Source: Nitrosopumilus sp.
GTDB taxonomy: Archaea; Thermoproteota; Nitrososphaeria; Nitrososphaerales; Nitrosopumilaceae
Assembly (NCBI GenBank): GCA_965205425.1
Contig: CBDBGZ010000009.1
Coordinates: 288,001-352,000 of the forward strand
Length of the DNA: 64,000 nucleotides
Reading direction: 5' to 3'
Shown here piece by piece: positions 8,044 through 17,973 of this stretch. The first letter of the stretch is position 1, and each line of letters starts with the position of its first letter. The notes under the pieces were generated by a model. That model was not told the origin of the DNA. It worked only from the letters and a program-made list of their open reading frames with translations, and ran no database searches. Both the position numbers and the translations under genes were made by a program.

Positions 8044-8875
8044 TCAAACTGTTCAACATGATGCAGTTATTGTAGAAGGCAGTGATTTTGAACGACTAAA
8101 AAATAACGTAGATCATTTGATACATTTGGGTGATTGTATTAATGTTTTAGATAAGATCGATGACAAATCATGTCGTTTGATTTTTGCAGATCCGCCATAT
8201 AACATGGGAAAGAATTTTGGAAATAATAATGACAAATGGGAATCGGGAGCAGATTATGCGGATTGGTGTGTAAAATGGATTAAAAAATGCATTGACAAGC
8301 TAACTGATGATGGCTCAATAATGATTATGGGGCATCCGAGATATGCATCATATCTAATACCTTATCTTGATAAAAAACTCCATTATGTTAATCAAATTAT
8401 TTATTATTACACTGACGGGATGCCCGAAAAAAAGAATTTTGAGAAAAGATATGAGGTGATAATGTATTATCGTAAAGATAAAAACAATTTTGTATTCAAT
8501 GTAGATGATGTCAGAGTTCCATTAAAAAGATATGATAAAACAAGTAATCCTAACGGAAAGAATCCAAATGACGTATGGCAAATTCATCGTGTAAGATGGA
8601 ATTCAAAAGAAAGAGTAAACACAAATGATGGAAAAATAGCTCATTTGGCACAAAAGCCAATTCGGCTACTAAGAAGAATCATACTTGCAACTACAAACAA
8701 AGAGGATTTAATTTTAGACCCCTTTTTAGGAACAGGAACAACCATGACTGCATCAAAAGAACTTTCACGAAAATCAATAGGAATTGAGATAAATCCAGAA
8801 TATGCCAATATTGCATTAAACAGATTGCAACATACAAAGAAGAAAACAGAAGGAGTTCCTTATGAAGAAAGATAG
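8033..8875 (+). CDS. DNA amino-methyltransferase (N6-A/N4-C), beta-class motif order
   Basis: Catalytic DPPY precedes SAM-binding DPFLGTGTT; HLAQKP motif. Confidence 0.92.
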   Translation: MENSQTVQHDAVIVEGSDFERLKNNVDHLIHLGDCINVLDKIDDKSCRLIFADPPYNMGKNFGNNNDKWESGADYADWCVKWIKKCIDKLTDDGSIMIMGHPRYASYLIPYLDKKLHYVNQIIYYYTDGMPEKKNFEKRYEVIMYYRKDKNNFVFNVDDVRVPLKRYDKTSNPNGKNPNDVWQIHRVRWNSKERVNTNDGKIAHLAQKPIRLLRRIILATTNKEDLILDPFLGTGTTMTASKELSRKSIGIEINPEYANIALNRLQHTKKKTEGVPYEER

Positions 8876-10007
8876 TCTAGTACTAAAGTTAAAAAATCCT
8901 ATAAACAAGTATGATTCAAAACAATTCAATAAAAATCATGAATGGTTCATTCCCAGAGATAGAGTTAACTTTTACCTAACCCACGACTTTCATCCATATT
9001 TTGCTGCTTTTCCGCCCCAACTTGTTGCACGTCTTTTACATTATCATTCAAAGAAAGGGGATGTGTTTTTGGATCCTTTCATGGGTGGTGGATCTTCAAT
9101 GGTTGAGGGAGTGGTAAATGACAGAAAAACCATCGGAAATGACATTAGTCCATTCTCAAAGTTCATTTGTAGTGTAAAATCTACTCCGATTAAGATTAAA
9201 GATGATGAATTGCTCTTCTTACAATCAAATATCAAAAGATCACTTTCAAACAAAAAGAGAACAACAGATTTTGAAGATTATGATAGAATTACAAATGTGA
9301 AATATTGGTTTGATTCCAAAAATCTAACCGAACTTGATTCTATATATCGATGTGTTAAGAAAATTAAAAACAAGAAATTTCAGAATTTTGCACTACTTGC
9401 ATTTTCTAGCATATTGAGAAAATCTTCAAATGCAAAAAATGCAGAACAGCATTTATGTCTCAAACAAAATAAAAAACTCCCTTCTCCTACAAATCTTTTT
9501 GAGAAAAAAATGAACCTAATGGCTGAACAGATGAAAATATTTTACAAAAATTATCATACACATAACAAAACAACACTGCATACTGGAGATGTCCGGAATC
9601 TATCTGATAAAATTAATGAAAACAGTGTAGATATTGTTATCACATCACCTCCTTATGGAACTGGCTCAAAATATACAAACATTTACCGATTAAATTATGA
9701 GTGGCTAGGACTAGAAAAACCACAAAATAAAGATCCTCTTGAAACAACAAACGATTTTAGAGGCGAATTAAAAAAATCTCTTGAGCAGATACACAATGTT
9801 TTAAAACCCAATAAATTTTGTTTTTTTGTCTATGGGGATCCATCAACATCTAACGGATTGACAAAATATGCCATTACGGATGCAGAGTCGATGGGCTTTA
9901 AGTTTAGAGGAACCATCTCATGTCCAATAAAAAAGACCATTGCAAAACATTCAGAAAAATATACTCAATTCATACCAAAAGACTTTATCATTATTTTGCA
10001 AAAATAG
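8862..10007 (+). CDS. DNA amino-methyltransferase, probably N4-cytosine, alpha-class motif order
   Basis: FHPYFAAFPP and DPFMGGGS (motif I) precede TSPPY (motif IV). Confidence 0.9.
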   Translation: MKKDSLVLKLKNPINKYDSKQFNKNHEWFIPRDRVNFYLTHDFHPYFAAFPPQLVARLLHYHSKKGDVFLDPFMGGGSSMVEGVVNDRKTIGNDISPFSKFICSVKSTPIKIKDDELLFLQSNIKRSLSNKKRTTDFEDYDRITNVKYWFDSKNLTELDSIYRCVKKIKNKKFQNFALLAFSSILRKSSNAKNAEQHLCLKQNKKLPSPTNLFEKKMNLMAEQMKIFYKNYHTHNKTTLHTGDVRNLSDKINENSVDIVITSPPYGTGSKYTNIYRLNYEWLGLEKPQNKDPLETTNDFRGELKKSLEQIHNVLKPNKFCFFVYGDPSTSNGLTKYAITDAESMGFKFRGTISCPIKKTIAKHSEKYTQFIPKDFIIILQK

Positions 10008-11535
10008 TGTTAACATCCGATTTTGCTATGATCTTGTTTAGCTTTAAAATTTCTATTACTTTGTCTTTTTTCCCTCCTGATTCTGAATATTTTTCTGTTA
10101 GAAAGTTCAATGTGTCATGATCAATAAGAGATATGATGTGATGACAATTATCTTCATGTATGATGATGTCAGATCCAAATTTATCAGATACAATTAATTG
10201 ACCTAATGCTTTGATTTGCAGTACTTTCTTTGTATGCCTGTAGAATTTGGTCGTACCATCACTTTCTCTTTTTTGAGTGTCGTCTATTCTTTTTTGCCCT
10301 GAATAAATTCCAAGTGTGGTCTCCATCAGAAGTTTTTCCTTTGTGTTATCTCGGAGATATGAAAGCAAATCTTCAGGAGCATAATCAAGACCAGACAAGT
10401 CTATTACTGCATCAGGTCTATCTGATTTACCACCTAAATGAAATGCCATTAATCCAATCTTTCTAAATTTCTCACATAGATTAATTTCCCATATACGATC
10501 ATCGTTTCCAATGTTTATTGATGGGAAATAGAGTTGTTTCTTTTGATTGTTAAAAGATATTTCCAATAATCCACAAAATATAGTAGAGAAACTATCTGAT
10601 CTTCCATAACTGTTTGAGGTCAAAGTGATCTGTACTTTCTTTTTATTATGTGGTGCAAGTGTGAATGACTTTTCTGAGTCTATTTTTATTTCTGAGGTAT
10701 TCTCAAAAACACTTGAAAGTTTTCCGTTTATTTCAAGAGACAAATCTTTGGCAGTTTTGTTGATAAATTCAAAGAAAAAATCATATCTTCTACCCTTGTT
10801 AAAATCACTAAATCCAAGAAAAGCATTTTGTGGTATTACCTCTAACTCATCACATGTGACTTGAGTTTCAATTCCTGAAAATATCTCATCAAGGCTTTTT
10901 TTCTTTTTTAGAAATTTTTTGAAACTCTCATTTACTGTAAAATATCTCAAACTTGATCTGTAAATCAAACCGCAAGGCTCAAGCCATCCAAATTTTATTG
11001 CCTTCCCTGCATGTTGCTCAACATAAATTACATGCTTTTTTGTGATTTTAGATGTGGCTTCATCATTAATGGGTATTTTTTTCTCAATGTCATATAGTTT
11101 AAAGAGTTTAGAGCATTGAGGATAATTTCCATCATCAACAGCTTTTAAGATACACCATGCAACATAATACGGAAACTGTTTCTTTTCTTGAGTTAAAACA
11201 AATTTTCCGAGTTTTGATAAACAAAATTTTAATTTTTTTGCCAATCTCCATGTCGTTTGTCCTAAATCAATTATATTATTAGTTTCATTATCTAAACGAT
11301 CAACTAATCCAAGTCTCCATAATTCTTTAAGATATGATCTGCATGTTTCTTTTGGTGCCTTATGTTTTGGGTCATCCCACCAAGCAAATTTTTTGTTGAG
11401 TTCTACCATTAGAGTTGTAATGTCAGTTGTTCCTAAATTTTGGATTGTGCATAATGTTTCATAATGTTGAGATAACCCCATTCCTTTTCCTACGGACATT
11501 TGATCGCTTGGTGTCCTACTTCCACCTTTTGTCAT
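9991..11535 (-). CDS. Putative restriction endonuclease with C-terminal PD-(D/E)XK, FokI-like cleavage domain
   Basis: WEINLCEKF...HLGGKSDRPDAVID...LLMETT segment; convergent with two methyltransferase genes. Confidence 0.65.
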   Translation of the reverse strand: MTKGGSRTPSDQMSVGKGMGLSQHYETLCTIQNLGTTDITTLMVELNKKFAWWDDPKHKAPKETCRSYLKELWRLGLVDRLDNETNNIIDLGQTTWRLAKKLKFCLSKLGKFVLTQEKKQFPYYVAWCILKAVDDGNYPQCSKLFKLYDIEKKIPINDEATSKITKKHVIYVEQHAGKAIKFGWLEPCGLIYRSSLRYFTVNESFKKFLKKKKSLDEIFSGIETQVTCDELEVIPQNAFLGFSDFNKGRRYDFFFEFINKTAKDLSLEINGKLSSVFENTSEIKIDSEKSFTLAPHNKKKVQITLTSNSYGRSDSFSTIFCGLLEISFNNQKKQLYFPSINIGNDDRIWEINLCEKFRKIGLMAFHLGGKSDRPDAVIDLSGLDYAPEDLLSYLRDNTKEKLLMETTLGIYSGQKRIDDTQKRESDGTTKFYRHTKKVLQIKALGQLIVSDKFGSDIIIHEDNCHHIISLIDHDTLNFLTEKYSESGGKKDKVIEILKLNKIIAKSDVNTIFAK

Positions 11536-11572
11536 GATATTATAATGATAAATCCAGTACGATTAAACAGTT

Positions 11573-11899
11573 ATGGGTAAAATCAATTTTATTATACCAA
11601 ATAAAAGCATGAACCGTATGAGTAATGTAATTTTTAAGAAGAAGATTAACAAAAGTGAGAAAAAATTCAGTTTCATACACGTACCACATCAGTATCGGAA
11701 AGATCTTGGTAATTCTTTAGAGATCATGGCAGATGGTAAAATATTCACAGTGAAAATAAACACAGTGGGCAGATTGATATCTAGTAAACTCTTCAAACAT
11801 CTTGACCCAAAAATTGATGATAGCATAATTCTAGAAAAAGATGCAGAGGGACGATATACAATCACAGTACAACCCTCTCATATGCGAGTTAAATTTTAA
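11573..11899 (+). CDS. Small protein resembling a B3/EcoRII-N DNA-binding pseudobarrel
   Basis: Pattern FKKKINKSE..FIHVP...GRL...LF....KIDDSIILEK...YTITV; start may be a later Met (MSNVIF). Confidence 0.55.
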   Translation: MGKINFIIPNKSMNRMSNVIFKKKINKSEKKFSFIHVPHQYRKDLGNSLEIMADGKIFTVKINTVGRLISSKLFKHLDPKIDDSIILEKDAEGRYTITVQPSHMRVKF

Positions 11900-11905
11900 A
11901 TTAAA

Positions 11906-11979
11906 ATAATTTAGCCTCAGGTCTCGACACTTAACACGAAGAAGATCCATAGTTGAGGTCTTGATTACTTAACAGAACC
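11906..11979 (-). repeat. Right terminal inverted repeat (74 bp)
   Basis: Exact reverse complement of 6316-6389; followed by TSD CCAATAAA. Confidence 0.97.
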
Positions 11980-12032
11980 CCAATAAACAGGAAAAATATC
12001 ATTTTTATGTAAATAGACTTCAGAAGAACTGC

Positions 12033-12848
12033 TTGAAATTACAAAAAGTGGCAGTAGTAAGCAAGGTAGGATCCAAGGATTCAGAGCAAGCTGCAAAAGA
12101 TGTTACAAAAAAACTCTTAGCAAAAAAATCTACTGTGTTTACCATATCCCCAATTGAAGTTGAAGGGGCAAAACAAATTGAAACTTTGGAAGAATTAAAG
12201 AAAGAAAAACTAGACCTAGTAATTACACTTGGTGGAGATGGAACCACGCTTAGAGTTTTTAGAAATTTAGAAAATGAAACACCGATTTTAACTATCAATG
12301 TAGGAGGGAACAGAGGAATTTTAGCAGAAATTACAATTGAAGAAATTGATGAAGCAATAGATCAAATTTTAAAAGATAATTTCTTTTTGGATAAAAGAAC
12401 CAGAGTGATTGCATCATGTGGTGGAAAAGAATTCCCACCAGCATTAAATGAAATTTACATTACAAGAACAAATTTGACTAAAACTGCAGAAATTAAAATT
12501 AAATTTCAAGACGATACGGTAAAACAAAAAATGGATGGCGTCATTATTGCAACTCCAAGTGGTTCTACAGGTCATTCATTTTCATTAGGGGGTCCAATTT
12601 TGCATGAAAGTTTAGATGTCTTAATTATAACGCCAGTAGCACCAGTTTACAGATTAGCATCATTAATTGTTCCAGATGAGCAAATTGAAATCGCGTGTTC
12701 GCATGATTGTAACATTGCAATGGATGCACAAGTTGTAAAAACAGTAGGATATGAAGAACCAATTACTATTAAAAAATACAAAAAACCCGCAGTTTTCCTT
12801 AGATTAAAAAAACGAGGACTGAGACAGATGAGCAAACTTGGATTTTAG
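12033..12848 (+). CDS. nadK: NAD(+) kinase
   Basis: GGDGT, ALNE and DGVIIATPSGSTGHSFSLGGP motifs. Confidence 0.93.
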   Translation: MKLQKVAVVSKVGSKDSEQAAKDVTKKLLAKKSTVFTISPIEVEGAKQIETLEELKKEKLDLVITLGGDGTTLRVFRNLENETPILTINVGGNRGILAEITIEEIDEAIDQILKDNFFLDKRTRVIASCGGKEFPPALNEIYITRTNLTKTAEIKIKFQDDTVKQKMDGVIIATPSGSTGHSFSLGGPILHESLDVLIITPVAPVYRLASLIVPDEQIEIACSHDCNIAMDAQVVKTVGYEEPITIKKYKKPAVFLRLKKRGLRQMSKLGF

Positions 12849-13332
12849 AATACTAGACGCTAGTGCATTTTATGCAGGAGTGCCATTTAGATCATCTGAT
12901 GATTGTTACACCACATCATTGGTTTATGATGAAATTAAACACATAAAGAAAAATCATGATGCATTAGGAACTTTACTTGAGACAAACAGGTTAAAAATTA
13001 GAGAACCCGATTCAGAATCAACAAAAAGTGCAATCAAAGCATCAAAAGATACAGGAGATTTCCCACAATTATCAAAACAAGATATCTCAATTATTGCCTT
13101 AGCTATAGAGATGAAGGGTGAAATAATTAGTGATGATTTTGCAATTTCAAACGTAGCCAAAAATTTGGATTTAAAAATTCTGCCCATTATGACCAAAGGA
13201 ATTGCAGATGTGGGTAAATGGATTCATTATTGTCCTGGATGTAGAACTAATCATACAACGGGAAAAGAATGCCCAATGTGTGGAACACCTCTAAAAAGAA
13301 AATTACTAAAAGAGAAGTCAGTGTCTATTTAA
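12838..13332 (+). CDS. nob1: Nob1-like PIN endonuclease with Zn ribbon
   Basis: ILDASAF, LSKQD, SDDFAI; CPGC...CPMCG. Confidence 0.88.
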   Translation: MDFRILDASAFYAGVPFRSSDDCYTTSLVYDEIKHIKKNHDALGTLLETNRLKIREPDSESTKSAIKASKDTGDFPQLSKQDISIIALAIEMKGEIISDDFAISNVAKNLDLKILPIMTKGIADVGKWIHYCPGCRTNHTTGKECPMCGTPLKRKLLKEKSVSI

Positions 13333-13381
13333 TGAATAAAATATCAGCAAAAATTATTTTCTGATTTTTTTAATCACATAA

Positions 13382-14065
13382 TTAATCATGTAAAGTTTTT
13401 TGGTTAGATTTTTTGAGAAATTTACTTTTAGTGTCTAGAGTTTTTTTGATTTTCTTAGCACGAGCTTCACCCAATCCTTCAACTTTTACTAATTCAGTAG
13501 TAGTTGCACTAAAAACTTTCAAAGGAGTTCCAAATTTTGTTAGCATTCTAACTGCAAATTTTTCTCCAATTCCAGGTAAACTACAAAGGACTGAAAGTTG
13601 TTGTTTTTCTAAATCAGATGATTTTTTGATCTTTTTCAAATATGGTCCTTTAGGAGTATCTTTTCTAGAACACATTGAAACAAGCAACTTTGCAGTATGA
13701 GCAGCATTAGGAGTAGGAATTACTGGAATTTTAAAATCAAGAACAACTGTAGAAATTGCACCGTAAAATACCAAAGGATTTTCAGTTATTTCTTCAATTT
13801 CATCTACATTTCCTTCCATGAGAACAATAGGATGTTCAAAATGTTCCTTTAGTCTAGAACATTGATCAAAAAGTCTACCATCAAAAACTGAAGCCATAAG
13901 ATCACGTATACTTTTTCGCTCAACTATTGTTTCAGGTGCAACAATATAATCTCCAATTGGGAGTGTTTTCATTTCTATATTCAATCCAATTGATTTTAGT
14001 AGATCAGGAATTCCACTTTTTTTCTCCCGTTCATCCACTATGATCCTAAGATTTTCTAATTTCAC
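13382..14065 (-). CDS. xpf: XPF/ERCC4 structure-specific nuclease (short form with HhH2)
   Basis: VDERE, GDY, VERKS..D motifs; C-terminal LPGIG/VEGLG HhH repeats. Confidence 0.92.
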   Translation of the reverse strand: MKLENLRIIVDEREKKSGIPDLLKSIGLNIEMKTLPIGDYIVAPETIVERKSIRDLMASVFDGRLFDQCSRLKEHFEHPIVLMEGNVDEIEEITENPLVFYGAISTVVLDFKIPVIPTPNAAHTAKLLVSMCSRKDTPKGPYLKKIKKSSDLEKQQLSVLCSLPGIGEKFAVRMLTKFGTPLKVFSATTTELVKVEGLGEARAKKIKKTLDTKSKFLKKSNQKTLHD

Positions 14066-14117
14066 AATAATTGTTGGAAAGAATTGTTAATATCTTATAT
14101 GAAATTGATGTAAAAAA

Positions 14118-14522
14118 TTATTTTCTAGGATTATCTTCTGCAGGTGGAGCATTTGGTGGTGGAGCATTTGCAGAACCACCTTTCATCATTTCAGTAATTT
14201 TTGCTTCTTGTTCTTTTAGAGATTCTTTAAGACGTGTTTCTTGTTTTTCAAGAACGGTAGCACGTGTTTTAGTCATCTCAATTCGTTCTTCTAATTCATC
14301 AATTAGTTCTTGTTTTTTTGATTTAATCAAAACAGTACCTGCTTGTTTGAAAACAGCATCGCCATCGGCTACTTTTTTTAATTCTTCAAGAGCTTTTTCA
14401 GTTTCTGCTTTTTCAATATCAAGATGTTGTTTTTGAGTCATTACTGACTGTAGATTTTGTTGAGATTGTTGCATTTTCATAACTTGTTCTTGAAGCCATG
14501 GTGGCATTTGTTCGGCTGACAT
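14118..14522 (-). CDS. pfdB: Prefoldin beta subunit
   Basis: Coiled coils flanking VFKQAGTVLI hairpin; exosome superoperon context. Confidence 0.92.
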   Translation of the reverse strand: MSAEQMPPWLQEQVMKMQQSQQNLQSVMTQKQHLDIEKAETEKALEELKKVADGDAVFKQAGTVLIKSKKQELIDELEERIEMTKTRATVLEKQETRLKESLKEQEAKITEMMKGGSANAPPPNAPPAEDNPRK

Positions 14523-14545
14523 ATTTTAACAAAAAAATTGTTTCA

Positions 14546-14791
14546 TTATATCTTTACCGATTCAATTGATTCGTAACTAGCCTGAATTAATCGAAGTGTT
14601 GAATTCAGGTTTGCTCTTAGATGAGCTAATTGATCAGTTTCTACAGAAATGATAAGTTTTTCATCAAATTCAATCTTAGTTTTTACAGGATTTTCTGGAT
14701 AAAATTCATTATCAATATTTACAGAATCATAAATTGCATTAGTTTTGTCTTTTGCATCGACAGTAATTTTTGCACTAAAGTTTAATGTCAT
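14546..14791 (-). CDS. pcc1: KEOPS complex subunit Pcc1
   Basis: LRANLNSTLRLI motif; position after L37Ae. Confidence 0.85.
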   Translation of the reverse strand: MTLNFSAKITVDAKDKTNAIYDSVNIDNEFYPENPVKTKIEFDEKLIISVETDQLAHLRANLNSTLRLIQASYESIESVKI

Positions 14792-14987
14792 ATGCGGTTC
14801 CAGCTACTTTATAGCTGCACTTTTTACAAGACCAAATACCTACTGCATCTCGACCAAATGTTTGGGAACCACATTCAGGGCAAGTTCTTTTTTCTTTTAA
14901 TTGAAGATGAATTTTTGTATATTGTTTTCTAAGTTTAATTCCATAACGAGCACCTAATCCTTTAAGAGATTTTTTTGCTTTTGCCAT
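14775..14987 (-). CDS. rpl37ae: 50S ribosomal protein L37Ae (eL43)
   Basis: GARYG, CPEC, GIWSCKKC, AGTAY. Confidence 0.95.
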   Translation of the reverse strand: MAKAKKSLKGLGARYGIKLRKQYTKIHLQLKEKRTCPECGSQTFGRDAVGIWSCKKCSYKVAGTAYDIKL

Positions 14988-14988
14988 T

Positions 14989-15807
14989 TTATTGACTTCC
15001 TGATTGAGCTGCTTTTAATTTTTCTCTTATTTTTGCGCCTACTTTGACAGATATTTCACCACATTGATTAATTTCATCTTGGGTAAATCCATCACTGCCA
15101 CCTTTTTGTAAAGCACAAATATTTCCATCAGAGTCGCTTGTAATTGTTACACGAGCATCCATACTTGCCCATTCATCTCCATTTGGATCAACGATGATAT
15201 AGTTTCCAATTTTGCCCATAGTAACAGATACTGGAATAGTTTCAACGGGTAATGATGTTTCTTCACCTTCTACTAGAGTGGGTTTCTCATCAACCCATTC
15301 CCATTTTGGGGTTTTAGCTACAAGTAATGCAGCAGTTGCAGCATAAGAACATGCATCAAAAAGATTACCATCTTGATCAACTACAACATTGTCAGCAAAT
15401 ACACCAACAACTGATTTGTCTTTTAAAATTACTAATTTACTAACATCAATCATGTGACTTTCTCTGATTCCTCTATCAGTAACTCTAGCCAATTCAATTA
15501 CGGGTGGTTGTGGGGGACCAGTTTCTACAGTTGGGTGAGATAAGGGTAAAAGTTCAGCAGTACACATGAAAATTCCTCTATCACCAGTATCTGGGAAAGG
15601 TCTGTCTGGTTGAATTTTAACACCACAAATAACTTCAGTGTCACCTAGTCTGACTCTTGCTGAACCATTTGCTTTTGGAATTGCATTAGTTTCAATAGTA
15701 ATTTCACGGCATTCATCAAGTGCACGTCCATCAACTCTTTTTCCTTGTTCTAATAATTCAAGAATTTGTGCTTTCTTTAATTCATCTAGAACAGAAACAG
15801 ATGCCAA
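14989..15807 (-). CDS. rrp42: Exosome complex component Rrp42
   Basis: RNase PH fold (RVDGR, ANGSARV, DRGIRES). Confidence 0.95.
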   Translation of the reverse strand: MASVSVLDELKKAQILELLEQGKRVDGRALDECREITIETNAIPKANGSARVRLGDTEVICGVKIQPDRPFPDTGDRGIFMCTAELLPLSHPTVETGPPQPPVIELARVTDRGIRESHMIDVSKLVILKDKSVVGVFADNVVVDQDGNLFDACSYAATAALLVAKTPKWEWVDEKPTLVEGEETSLPVETIPVSVTMGKIGNYIIVDPNGDEWASMDARVTITSDSDGNICALQKGGSDGFTQDEINQCGEISVKVGAKIREKLKAAQSGSQ

Positions 15808-15809
15808 TT

Positions 15810-16543
<734 letters not shown>

Positions 16544-16544
<1 letters not shown>

Positions 16545-17227
16545 TATGATTCAATATCCTTTATTTCTAACATTTCTTTCACTTGATCAGTTAAATTAGC
16601 AACATGTGCTTTTTCATTAATCATTTCAATGGCTGTTTTAGCCTTTAATAATCCCTCGGGAGTTTCACATGAAACCACCACCCAGCCATTTTGGCCAATA
16701 GTAACTGCTGCATTAGTTGCCATTTCAATCATCTGAATCATACTTCCTCTTTTGCCTATAAGACGCGGAACCTTACTTGGAGAGATTTTTACCAAGTCAC
16801 CAGAGTCAATTTTGCCTAAATCTCTATCAGAAATGGTAACAAGTGGATCTCTTGTTCTATCAAAATTAGCTATTCTTGCTGCAACTAAATCACCAGATTT
16901 TAGTTTGGTTGCTAGTTCATCAGCATGAGCAGAAAAGTCTCGTCCAAATACATCTTGAGCAGGCAAAAAGCCAACATAGCAAGAATTGATATCTAATTCC
17001 CAGGATAATGAAGTATGGGAAATGACTTTTCCAATTACAAGGTCATTAATTTTAGGAATATATTTTCCAGTTAATGGAATGACTCTAACAGAATCATCAT
17101 AAATTTCAGAAATTCCAATAGTTGTAGAAATTATCTTATCTCCTTCAAGTATTACATTTTGTTCAGGTCTAAAAGGGCCGGTGGTTACTAAATCACCAGG
17201 AATAACGTATTTTCTCTTGTTATCCAT
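16544..17227 (-). CDS. rrp4: Exosome complex RNA-binding protein Rrp4
   Basis: S1 and KH domains (VPRLIGKRGSM, GQNG). Confidence 0.95.
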
Positions 17228-17913
17228 TATTGAACTACCTCAACTGTAGCTGAACCTTTGGTTATAGAACCCAATCTATCAATCACATTTGGCCTTGCTG
17301 CAGCGGGTATTTCAAGTATTGCTTTTAGAGAACCATTATTTTGCCATTCTTCTTTTTTTAGCGAACCTACAGATTTTAGAACAGCATATGATTGGGATGC
17401 AAACTGTGCAGGGATTGTAATTTCCAATTGTAGACTTTCAGATTTTAAGGCAATTATTGAACGTAATTTTTCAACAATATCTTTTACTTGTTCATCCACA
17501 TTTTTTTGAGGGTCTATAGAAACTCGGCCATCTTTCATAGCCTGTTCAATTCTCAATGGAGGGTGAGGAAGGTGGGTTTTAGGATCAACATAGGTTTTAG
17601 CAATAAATGTAACAATTTGTTTTCTCTTATCTTCAATCATTTTACGTCTTTGATCAGTGGTAAGATTCAGATCACCTTTCGCCATAATTATTTGAGCAAT
17701 TTCAGTTTGGTCTTCAGTTTTGAATGCCTTTAGTAATTTTTCAGCAGAGGGACGAGTTCCTTTTCCGGAATCAGTGTAAATTTCATCAGATACTAAAACT
17801 GAAGAAATATCTTTTTTCTTGCCTAGCTTGTAATCCAATGCAGGATCAGGTTTTACCATAATTTCAAATTTTTCCCCTTCAAAGGAATATCGAACTAATG
17901 AGACATCTGCCAT
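17227..17913 (-). CDS. Ribosome maturation factor SBDS/Sdo1
   Basis: GEKFEI, LTTDQRR, DPKTHLPHPP. Confidence 0.95.
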   Translation of the reverse strand: MADVSLVRYSFEGEKFEIMVKPDPALDYKLGKKKDISSVLVSDEIYTDSGKGTRPSAEKLLKAFKTEDQTEIAQIIMAKGDLNLTTDQRRKMIEDKRKQIVTFIAKTYVDPKTHLPHPPLRIEQAMKDGRVSIDPQKNVDEQVKDIVEKLRSIIALKSESLQLEITIPAQFASQSYAVLKSVGSLKKEEWQNNGSLKAILEIPAAARPNVIDRLGSITKGSATVEVVQ

Positions 17914-17973
17914 TTCTAAAATAGGTATGAGGATTTGCTATTTATCTATACGTAAAACTAGCTAGATTTTTAT

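Larger units (their letters stand above)
6316..11979. mobile_element. 5664-bp IS6-like cargo transposon carrying a restriction-modification-like module
   Basis: Perfect 74-bp TIRs (6316-6389, 11906-11979) starting GGTTCTGTT; 8-bp TSD CCAATAAA at 6308-6315 and 11980-11987; one internal DDE transposase. Confidence 0.95.

Noticed and set aside
6316..11979. Casposon, provirus or composite transposon interpretation
   Set aside because: No Cas1, PolB, tyrosine integrase or capsid gene, and only one transposase with no second IS copy
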